A stretch of 11,774 nt of DNA from Lingula anatina. Its lineage: Eukaryota > Animalia > Brachiopoda. The translations under genes were made by a program, and so were the position numbers. This document shows, piece by piece, positions 1 to 9,500 of this stretch; within the stretch, counting starts at the first letter, position 1, and every line of letters starts with the position of its first letter. The stretch lies in the NCBI GenBank assembly GCA_051362555.1, contig JBPQGU010000014.1, positions 1-11,774 on the forward strand. The letters are read 5' to 3'. The notes under the pieces were generated by a model that did not search any database, was not told where the DNA came from, and saw only the letters and a list, made by a program, of their open reading frames with translations.

Positions 1-650
1 CCTTTGGTCCATGCAACCAGATCTCTTGTCCTCCTTGTCTGTTCAGCCTAAAATATAAAATTGCAAGACAGCTATTTAATTCTTAATGCATAACTCTATT
101 AAAAAGGAAAATGTCCATGATGGAAAAAAACTCATTTATTTTTTCTACCTGAAGATATGGAAAATGGTGCAATAGTTTGTGTTGTTCTCATGCATATCTA
201 CTCACAGTGATTTTTGCCCCATGCCAAATGTCCCACGAATGTTTTATCCCGATTCATTTTTTTTTTCTGAAATAAGAAAAATTTAGCTAAATATATAGAG
301 AGATATAACAAAAAAATAGCAAGAATTGCAACTAAATAATCACATACATGTAGATACATTTCACATACTAAATTTGCTTTCTAATTATTATAGTAAGACC
401 TAAACAGCACTTTGTACTTAAGTGTGCAACAAGGGCATCTTTGACCACTTCTGTTGCACTGATTCCTTTTTTTTTTTTTTCAGGAAATCCATAGCCCTGA
501 CAAACCCTTCCTTCTCCATTACAGAGCTACTCAGCTTGGTTTCTTTCTTCCTTACAACTTCTGCTTCCAACACATCCCCTGTTTCATAGTCAACAATAAT
601 GCTCGCGCAATATTGTGCACTATGTTCTGGGCTGTCCATTCTGCCATCAA
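1..650 (-). pseudogene. Degenerate spliced DDE transposase, Kolobok-like DNA transposon (3 exons: 650-418, 266-206, 47-<1; continues past the window edge)
   Basis: Manual minus-strand translation. Exon A follows acceptor ttattcatAG (660-651) and reads DGRMDSPEHSAQYCASIIVDYETGDVLEAEVVRKKETKLSSSVMEKEGFVRAMDFL. After a frameshift in the poly-A run (~467-480) it reads KGISATEVVKDALVAHL, with a possible donor GT at 417-416. Exon B follows acceptor ttttcttatttcAG (280-267) and reads GIKHSWDIWHGAKIT (DIWH at 232-221) with donor GTGAGT at 205-200. Exon C follows acceptor AG at 49-48 and reads AEQTRRTRDLVAWTK, in phase with exon B. The motif order DGRxDSPG-H-A-Y ... MEKEG ... V-TD-H ... H-DxWH ... L-W matches my recollection of Kolobok-type (T2-like) transposases. 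The superfamily call is from memory, not from a search. Confidence 0.75.
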
Positions 651-864
651 CTATGAATAAATGGGATATATCGAAACACGGACATCATAAATATGTGGTG
701 CGACAATTCCTAAAACAACACTTGGTGGGATTTAGGACACATTCCTATAGACACCACAGGTCTACATTGATCGACCAGACTTGGCATGGATTTTCACTGC
801 TATCAGCTGAATAGGTAACCCCCCCCCCCCCTCTAAGAAATAAAATTGTTCATGTTCCTTTTGT

Positions 865-866
<2 letters not shown>

Positions 867-938
<72 letters not shown>
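867..938. repeat. (AT)36 dinucleotide microsatellite
   Basis: Perfect AT run of 72 bp seen directly. It explains the IYIYIY stretches in ORFs 762..944 and 850..1164. Confidence 0.98.
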
Positions 939-940
<2 letters not shown>

Positions 941-1340
941 CCAAAGGAATAGGCCAATTTTATAGCTGTTATATACGGTAAATCTGAAACCAATTCGTCT
1001 AAAAGACACAGAGCATTACTAGTACATGTAGAAAGCCTTCTTTCGGGAATAAACAATCCCCTTACTTCCATGTCCCAAATAATCCCCAACCATTCCAATT
1101 TGTTGACTGGTTCTAATTTACTTTTTTCAGCGTTTAAAACAAAATCTGCTTTAAACAGATCCATTTTAATTTTTTAGAATGTAGTTTTAAATGTAATATA
1201 TTTTTCTAGGGAATTTTCAGACACAATACCGTCATCTAAATAAACAACAATGGGGATTCCATTTTTCTCCAATACCCAACTAAACGTCTAAGTATTTTAG
1301 TAAAAATAAACGGTGCTGAAGAAAGGCCAAACGAAAGTAC
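939..1340 (-). mobile_element. Degenerate reverse transcriptase fragment of a DIRS/Ngaro-like (tyrosine-recombinase) retrotransposon
   Basis: Minus strand reads VLSFGLSSAPFIFTKILRRLVGYWRK, then after a frameshift GIPIVVYLDDGIVSENS (YLDD = 1242-1231), then after another frameshift HSKKIKMDLFKADFVLNAEKSKLEPVNKLEWLGIIWDMEVRGLFIPERR...ITAIKLAYSFG. These match the RT motifs LPFGLxSAPxxFTK, YLDD and GFxxNxxKS...WLG in the form typical of DIRS-group elements. No gag, RNase H or recombinase part is seen. Confidence 0.85.
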
Positions 1341-1341
1341 C

Positions 1342-1363
1342 AAAAAAAAAAAAAAAAAAAAAA
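1342..1363. repeat. A22 homopolymer at the upstream edge of the RT fragment
   Basis: Seen directly. It gives the poly-F tract in ORF 1236..1436. Confidence 0.9.
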
Positions 1364-2124
1364 GAGGGTAATAAGTCATACTCAAATTATATTTTAGGAT
1401 GCCAACCCATGTTATTTTCATCTTATTCCTTCTCAAAGTGTGTCTTGCCGTTAAATGTAAAGCTCTATGTTATTTAATGAAAGACAATATAAGTTCCATC
1501 TGTTTAGAGATGTATGTCGGTCTGCTTTATAGCAATTAAGTCCCTGCTGTGGTTTAGGCCTACTGGTCACAACCAGAACATCAGAACCACTGCTTCCATC
1601 CACCGCTTCTACTTGTGGACATGGGTACACTTGATATAGAAACAAAACACGCATTTAGTTAAAATTTTAGATTAATCCATTTAATCCATAAAGTTTAAAT
1701 AACACATTTGCAATAAAGTTTTTGATTAAGTTTTTTATCAAAATTAAAATAGATTATTGTAATAATGTTATTAAAGTATGTGCCCTTTTTCAAATGCAAA
1801 GAATGCAAAGCAACCCTTATATATACATGTACCTGTATATAAATATGTTTGATAAGATCTCTTGGAGATATTTAAGCACATTTAAAAGACACTCACTCAG
1901 AAACAGAGTTTTCAATATCGCTTAATTTGGGATCAGGAATGGACTTAGCAGTGGTCCTCACCCTCGCCTGAACAAAGAAGCTCAAACAAATCAAGAACAA
2001 ATCAATATCCGAATAACGACGGTGATATGGCCCTGCTGGCGCATATTAATTTCGTGATCTGTAAACACAGGGAATCAGCAGTTGTAAACATTCTCTTATA
2101 GTATATTTTGAACAAGCTGTCTGT

Positions 2125-2200
2125 ACAGGGAGGGGGGGGGGGGGGCGGGGTCGGCCCGCCCCCTTAAAATATTCCTGGATCCGCCCCTGGATCCGCCACA
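2125..2200 (-). mobile_element. Remnant of a small non-autonomous element with a CAGGGGCGGATCCAG-type terminus
   Basis: Minus strand reads GGCGGATCCAGGGGCGGATCCAGGAATATTTTAAGGGGG...C-run. The 12-mer cctggatccgcc occurs twice in tandem (2174-2185, 2186-2197) and there is a G14 run at 2132-2145. This GC-rich island resembles the termini of common invertebrate MITE-like repeats (recalled, not searched). The opposite terminal repeat is not recognisable. Confidence 0.5.
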
Positions 2201-2219
2201 TGGTACCTATCTGTATCTT

Positions 2220-2238
2220 AAAAAAAAAAAAAAAAAAA
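2220..2238. repeat. A19 homopolymer
   Basis: Seen directly. Confidence 0.9.
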
Positions 2239-2507
2239 TGCTGGTATATGATAGACGGGAAGAGGGAGCGCATGGGAAATGACGGTGTAGGCCGGATCTA
2301 AAGCCTTCCACAGTTTCAGCAGTAACTTGTTGGTCACTTCGTTCATTCCACTCGGTGACTGTTCTGGTAAAGAAAGAGTTTCAAACTGGTGTGTCGCAGT
2401 GTGATTCTTGCACTTAAAGTTTGTTTTAAATCCTAATATTAGCACATAAATGTAATTTATTCTAAAATGTGAGGCCTAATTATAAGGAGCTACGGGCAAA
2501 TTTCTTC

Positions 2508-2538
2508 AACAATCAGTTTCTTTTTCAAACTGATTGTT
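2508..2538. repeat. Perfect 12-bp inverted repeat (hairpin) with 7-nt loop
   Basis: aacaatcagttt (2508-2519) and aaactgattgtt (2527-2538) are exact reverse complements around the loop ctttttc. Confidence 0.9.
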
Positions 2539-2852
2539 TGACACATCATGATAACAACGGAAACCACCAAACTTCAATTAAGATAATTAATTGTATTTAT
2601 GTAGCAAATGGGTTGTTTTAGTGGTGGTATTAACTTTTTGGTAATACATCAACGTTTTGTTTATAGGAAATTAGTCTGGTTAGTTAGTAGTAGGTAGTAG
2701 GATGGTAGTTTGGGTCTTGTGTCTGCACATTTTTACCTTAAGTAGTTGACCAAGGCAAGGTGATAACAGATGTCCCGGGTTAAGGAATTTCTTAGCTGCT
2801 GTGTATCTAGGCACACACATTTGCACCCCCACCTTTAATAATTATATATTTC

Positions 2853-2910
2853 TTTTTAGTTACCCGCACGAAAATGCAGTAGTATCGAAGTAGCAAAGCG
2901 GCGGGAGCAT
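2853..2910 (+). mobile_element. Possible Helentron/HINE (DINE-1-like) left terminus
   Basis: A T-run followed by agttacccgc, with a short inverted partner gcggg at 2901-2905. This resembles the TTTT-TACCCG...CGGG subterminal stem-loop of non-autonomous Helentrons. Only 5 bp pair perfectly, so support is weak. Confidence 0.25.
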
Positions 2911-3566
2911 ATTTGCAGAATAGCCTACTGCAATTCTACTCCAAAAAGTACATAGGTTTGTACAGAGAGGAGCATAAATGCATAATTTTTTTAATTCCCA
3001 TGACAAAACACCCCGGTGACTCCCTTCGCCACATAAGTTTTCATGTAATTATTAAACAGAGCAAAAAATCTCCCTATTTCTGTAGAATTATAAATTTTAT
3101 GAAAGATGTTTTTGGGACTAATTCTATTGAGCTGCATTCAGTGAGAAGTCATTCAGCTTTGTAGCTGCGGAGATATTGACGGCCGCACTAAAAATTCCTG
3201 CAAAACTGCATGAACAGAATATTTTGGTGAAACATTTCCTATTCTCATAGACAGCAGACTCACTGACGTAACTCCCAATGCCACAAAAAGTTACTTTTCA
3301 TACCGGCAGTACTGTAATTGAACATGTGCATTCTCTTGTTTGTAAACAAACCACTGCACTGCTCACAGTTGTAAGCTCCCTCCGCCAGATGTCCGAAACT
3401 GTACAGCACTGAGCCAGGTCTCGCCAAAAATAAGAAGCAATTTAGGCCCAAACCTGCTACTTGACACCAAATTAACCACTAGCAACACACAAAAAAGGCA
3501 GGAAAAAAACTGGAAACAATCACTAATTTTTCAAGCAGAACTTCATTCTTCTATAACAGTCCGTGA

Positions 3567-6500
3567 TTGGCCAGGTAGGGATGAAATTTTTTTTTCTTCA
3601 TTATAGTGTCAGGTAGGTGTGTTCGGTCATTTGTAGTAAGAATAAAGTGCTGGAAGAGTGGTGGTGTCAACATTAAGGAAGAAATAGAGCAAAAACTCTC
3701 TCTCCCCCCCCCCTCTCAGATTCTGTTCTCAGAGCTTCTTTTTGGATCATCTTTAAAGCTAGAATTGGGGGCCTTGATGAAGTGACCCGGGCGCGTTTCC
3801 ACATTTTTTATGAATGACAGGTGTGGTAGATTGATTTTCCTCACTTTTTGGAAAAATCGGAGACGGGTCGATTTTTGGTGATTTTGAGTGATTTTGAACA
3901 GTGCCGGCACTGTGAGATTTCTTCAATTTTGGCCAGGTAGGGATGAAAATTTTTTTTCTTCATTATAGTGTCAGGTAGGTGTGTTCGGTCATTTGTAGTA
4001 AGAATAAAGTGCTGGAAGAGTGGTGGTGTCAACATTAAGGAAGAAATAGAGCAAAAACTCTCTCTCCCCACCCCCTCTCAGATTCTGTTCTCAGAGCTTC
4101 TTTTTGGATCATCTTTAAAGCTAGAATTGGGGGCCTTGATGAAGTGACCCGGGCGCGTTTCCACATTTTTTATGAATGACAGGTGTGGTAGATTGATTTT
4201 CCTCACTTTTTGGAAAAATCGGAGACGGGTCGATTTTTGGTGATTTTGAGTGATTTTGAACAGTGCCGGCACTGTGAGATTTCTTCAATTTTGGCCAGGT
4301 AGGGATGAAATTTTTTTTTCTTCATTATAGTGTCAGGTAGGTGTGTTCGGTCATTTGTAGTAAGAATAAAGTGCTGGAAGAGTGGTGGTGTCAACATTAA
4401 GGAAGAAATAGAGCAAAAACTCTCTCTCCCCCCCCCCCCCTCTCAGATTCTGTTCTCAGAGCTTCTTTTTGGATCATCTTTAAAGCTAGAATTGGGGGCC
4501 TTGATGAAGTGACCCGGGCGCGTTTCCACATTTTTTATGAATGACAGGTGTGGTAGATTGATTTTCCTCACTTTTTGGAAAAATCGGAGACGGGTCGATT
4601 TTTGGTGATTTTGAGTGATTTTGAACAGTGCCGGCACTGTGAGATTTCTTCAATTTTGGCCAGGTAGGGATGAAAATTTTTTTTCTTCATTATAGTGTCA
4701 GGTAGGTGTGTTCGGTCATTTGTAGTAAGAATAAAGTGCTGGAAGAGTGGTGGTGTCAACATTAAGGAAGAAATAGAGCAAAAACTCTCTCTCCCCCCCC
4801 CCCCCTCTCAGATTCTGTTCTCAGAGCTTATTTTTGGATCATCTTTAAAGCTAGAATTGGGGGCCTTGATGAAGTGACCCGGGCGCGTTTCCACATTTTT
4901 TATGAATGACAGGTGTGGTAGATTGATTTTCCTCACTTTTTGGAAAAATCGGAGACGGGTCGATTTTTGGTGATTTTGAGTGATTTTGAACAGTGCCGGC
5001 ACTGTGAGATTTCTTCAATTTTGGCCAGGTAGGGATGAAAATTTTTTTTCTTCATTATAGTGTCAGGTAGGTGTGTTCGGTCATTTGTAGTAAGAATAAA
5101 GTGCTGGAAGAGTGGTGGTGTCAACATTAAGGAAGAAATAGAGCAAAAACTCTCTCTCCCCCCCCCCCCCTCTCAGATTCTGTTCTCAGAGCTTATTTTT
5201 GGATCATCTTTAAAGCTAGAATTGGGGGCCTTGATGAAGTGACCCGGGCGCGTTTCCACATTTTTTATGAATGACAGGTGTGGTAGATTGATTTTCCTCA
5301 CTTTTTGGAAAAATCGGAGACGGGTCGATTTTTGGTGATTTTGAGTGATTTTGAACAGTGCCGGCACTGTGAGATTTCTTCAATTTTGGCCAGGTAGGGA
5401 TGAAAATTTTTTTTCTTCATTATAGTGTCAGGTAGGTGTGTTCGGTCATTTGTAGTAAGAATAAAGTGCTGGAAGAGTGGTGGTGTCAACATTAAGGAAG
5501 AAATAGAGCAAAAACTCTCTCTCCCCCCCCCCCTCTCAGATTCTGTTCTCAGAGCTTCTTTTTGGATCATCTTTAAAGCTAGAATTGGGGGCCTTGATGA
5601 AGTGACCCGGGCGCGTTTCCACATTTTTTATGAATGACAGGTGTGGTAGATTGATTTTCCTCACTTTTTGGAAAAATCGGAGACGGGTCGATTTTTGGTG
5701 ATTTTGAGTGATTTTGAACAGTGCCGGCACTGTGAGATTTCTTCAATTTTGGCCAGGTAGGGATGAAAATTTTTTTTCTTCATTATAGTGTCAGGTAGGT
5801 GTGTTCGGTCATTTGTAGTAAGAATAAAGTGCTGGAAGAGTGGTGGTGTCAACATTAAGGAAGAAATAGAGCAAAAACTCTCTCTCCCCCCCCCCCCCTC
5901 AGATTCTGTTCTCAGAGCTTCTTTTTGGATCATCTTTAAAGCTAGAATTGGGGGCCTTGATGAAGTGACCCGGGCGCGTTTCCACATTTTTTATGAATGA
6001 CAGGTGTGGTAGATTGATTTTCCTCACTTTTTGGAAAAATCGGAGACGGGTCGATTTTTGGTGATTTTGAGTGATTTTGAACAGTGCCGGCACTGTGAGA
6101 TTTCTTCAATTTTGGCCAGGTAGGGATGAAAATTTTTTTTCTTCATTATAGTGTCAGGTAGGTGTGTTCGGTCATTTGTAGTAAGAATAAAGTGCTGGAA
6201 GAGTGGTGGTGTCAACATTAAGGAAGAAATAGAGCAAAAACTCTCTCTCCCCCCCCCCTCTCAGATTCTGTTCTCAGAGCTTCTTTTTGGATCATCTTTA
6301 AAGCTAGAATTGGGGGCCTTGATGAAGTGACCCGGGCGCGTTTCCACATTTTTTATGAATGACAGGTGTGGTAGATTGATTTTCCTCACTTTTTGGAAAA
6401 ATCGGAGACGGGTCGATTTTTGGTGATTTTGAGTGATTTTGAACAGTGCCGGCACTGTGAGATTTCTTCAATTTTGGCCAGGTAGGGATGAAAATTTTTT

Positions 6501-9500
6501 TTCTTCATTATAGTGTCAGGTAGGTGTGTTCGGTCATTTGTAGTAAGAATAAAGTGCTGGAAGAGTGGTGGTGTCAACATTAAGGAAGAAATAGAGCAAA
6601 AACTCTCTCTCCCCCCCCCCCTCTCAGATTCTGTTCTCAGAGCTTCTTTTTGGATCATCTTTAAAGCTAGAATTGGGGGCCTTGATGAAGTGACCCGGGC
6701 GCGTTTCCACATTTTTTATGAATGACAGGTGTGGTAGATTGATTTTCCTCACTTTTTGGAAAAATCGGAGACGGGTCGATTTTTGGTGATTTTGAGTGAT
6801 TTTGAACAGTGCCGGCACTGTGAGATTTCTTCAATTTTGGCCAGGTAGGGATGAAAATTTTTTTTCTTCATTATAGTGTCAGGTAGGTGTGTTCGGTCAT
6901 TTGTAGTAAGAATAAAGTGCTGGAAGAGTGGTGGTGTCAACATTAAGGAAGAAATAGAGCAAAAACTCTCTCTCCCCCCCCCCCCCCTCTCAGATTCTGT
7001 TCTCAGAGCTTCTTTTTGGATCATCTTTAAAGCTAGAATTGGGGGCCTTGATGAAGTGACCCGGGCGCGTTTCCACATTTTTTATGAATGACAGGTGTGG
7101 TAGATTGATTTTCCTCACTTTTTGGAAAAATCGGAGACGGGTCGATTTTTGGTGATTTTGAGTGATTTTGAACAGTGCCGGCACTGTGAGATTTCTTCAA
7201 TTTTGGCCAGGTAGGGATGAAAATTTTTTTTCTTCATTATAGTGTCAGGTAGGTGTGTTCGGTCATTTGTAGTAAGAATAAAGTGCTGGAAGAGTGGTGG
7301 TGTCAACATTAAGGAAGAAATAGAGCAAAAACTCTCTCTCCCCCCCCCCCCCCCTCTCAGATTCTGTTCTCAGAGCTTCTTTTTGGATCATCTTTAAAGC
7401 TAGAATTGGGGGCCTTGATGAAGTGACCCGGGCGCGTTTCCACATTTTTTATGAATGACAGGTGTGGTAGATTGATTTTCCTCACTTTTTGGAAAAATCG
7501 GAGACGGGTCGATTTTTGGTGATTTTGAGTGATTTTGAACAGTGCCGGCACTGTGAGATTTCTTCAATTTTGGCCAGGTAGGGATGAAAATTTTTTTTCT
7601 TCATTATAGTGTCAGGTAGGTGTGTTCGGTCATTTGTAGTAAGAATAAAGTGCTGGAAGAGTGGTGGTGTCAACATTAAGGAAGAAATAGAGCAAAAACT
7701 CTCTCTCCCCCCCCCCCCTCTCAGATTCTGTTCTCAGAGCTTCTTTTTGGATCATCTTTAAAGCTAGAATTGGGGGCCTTGATGAAGTGACCCGGGCGCG
7801 TTTCCACATTTTTTATGAATGACAGGTGTGGTAGATTGATTTTCCTCACTTTTTGGAAAAATCGGAGACGGGTCGATTTTTGGTGATTTTGAGTGATTTT
7901 GAACAGTGCCGGCACTGTGAGATTTCTTCAATTTTGGCCAGGTAGGGATGAAAATTTTTTTTCTTCATTATAGTGTCAGGTAGGTGTGTTCGGTCATTTG
8001 TAGTAAGAATAAAGTGCTGGAAGAGTGGTGGTGTCAACATTAAGGAAGAAATAGAGCAAAAACTCTCTCTCCCCCCCCCCCCCTCTCAGATTCTGTTCTC
8101 AGAGCTTCTTTTTGGATCATCTTTAAAGCTAGAATTGGGGGCCTTGATGAAGTGACCCGGGCGCGTTTCCACATTTTTTATGAATGACAGGTGTGGTAGA
8201 TTGATTTTCCTCACTTTTTGGAAAAATCGGAGACGGGTCGATTTTTGGTGATTTTGAGTGATTTTGAACAGTGCCGGCACTGTGAGATTTCTTCAATTTT
8301 GGCCAGGTAGGGATGAAAATTTTTTTTCTTCATTATAGTGTCAGGTAGGTGTGTTCGGTCATTTGTAGTAAGAATAAAGTGCTGGAAGAGTGGTGGTGTC
8401 AACATTAAGGAAGAAATAGAGCAAAAACTCTCTCTCCCCCCCCCCCTCTCAGATTCTGTTCTCAGAGCTTATTTTTGGATCATCTTTAAAGCTAGAATTG
8501 GGGGCCTTGATGAAGTGACCCGGGCGCGTTTCCACATTTTTTATGAATGACAGGTGTGGTAGATTGATTTTCCTCACTTTTTGGAAAAATCGGAGACGGG
8601 TCGATTTTTGGTGATTTTGAGTGATTTTGAACAGTGCCGGCACTGTGAGATTTCTTCAATTTTGGCCAGGTAGGGATGAAAATTTTTTTTCTTCATTATA
8701 GTGTCAGGTAGGTGTGTTCGGTCATTTGTAGTAAGAATAAAGTGCTGGAAGAGTGGTGGTGTCAACATTAAGGAAGAAATAGAGCAAAAACTCTCTCTCC
8801 CCCCCCCCCTCTCAGATTCTGTTCTCAGAGCTTCTTTTTGTATCATCTTTAAAGCTAGAATTGGGGGCCTTGATGAAGTGACCCGGGCGCGTTTCCACAT
8901 TTTTTATGAATGACAGGTGTGGTAGATTGATTTTCCTCACTTTTTGGAAAAATCGGAGACGGGTCGATTTTTGGTGATTTTGAGTGATTTTGAACAGTGC
9001 CGGCACTGTGAGATTTCTTCAATTTTGGCCAGGTAGGGATGAAAATTTTTTTTCTTCATTATAGTGTCAGGTAGGTGTGTTCGGTCATTTGTAGTAAGAA
9101 TAAAGTGCTGGAAGAGTGGTGGTGTCAACATTAAGGAAGAAATAGAGCAAAAACTCTCTCTCCCCCCCCCCCTCTCAGATTCTGTTCTCAGAGCTTCTTT
9201 TTGGATCATCTTTAAAGCTAGAATTGGGGGCCTTGATGAAGTGACCCGGGCGCGTTTCCACATTTTTTATGAATGACAGGTGTGGTAGATTGATTTTCCT
9301 CACTTTTTGGAAAAATCGGAGACGGGTCGATTTTTGGTGATTTTGAGTGATTTTGAACAGTGCCGGCACTGTGAGATTTCTTCAATTTTGGCCAGGTAGG
9401 GATGAAAATTTTTTTTCTTCATTATAGTGTCAGGTAGGTGTGTTCGGTCATTTGTAGTAAGAATAAAGTGCTGGAAGAGTGGTGGTGTCAACATTAAGGA

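Noticed and set aside
762-944. ORF with (IY)n repeat
   Set aside because: Translation of the (AT)36 microsatellite.
2240-2433. Minus-strand peptide ...KLWKALDPAYTVISH loosely like the hAT transposase L-DPRY-PSR motif
   Set aside because: One short partial motif with no flanking hAT motifs. Not supportable without a search.
2678-2712. Degenerate (TAG/GGTAG)n tract as an interstitial telomeric repeat
   Set aside because: Irregular and short, and it does not match TTAGG or TTAGGG arrays.
1451-3451. Short ORFs 1451..1654, 1722..1925, 2046..2273, 2913..3164 and 3260..3451 as genes or upstream (THAP) exons of the transposase
   Set aside because: No recognisable motifs, no THAP C2CH pattern found, and lengths are consistent with chance.
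3745-3765. Monomer as head-to-tail Kolobok MITEs joined at CT-TTAA-AG
   Set aside because: Tempting given the nearby transposase, but the sequences on each side of TTAA are inverted over only 2 bp, and the array does not begin at a TTAA.
3772-3856. Hammerhead ribozyme / retrozyme (TTGATGA followed by agtga...tcact, and GAAACGCG on the opposite strand)
   Set aside because: The monomer size fits metazoan retrozymes, but the core is TTGATGA rather than CTGANGA, GAAA does not directly follow the putative stem II (5-nt gap), and GAAAC lies on the other strand. An Infernal search with Rfam hammerhead models would settle it.
3567-3928. 5S rRNA or tRNA tandem gene unit
   Set aside because: No 5S sequence, no cloverleaf and no paired A/B boxes recognisable on either strand.
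3815-3945. Tandem spliced-leader RNA or snRNA genes (Sm-like AATTTTGG at 3925-3932 after a hairpin; CAG/GT motifs)
   Set aside because: No recognisable leader or snRNA sequence and no convincing 3' stem-loop after the Sm-like site. The motif is short and common in AT-rich DNA. Leader-bearing mRNA reads would be needed to revive this.
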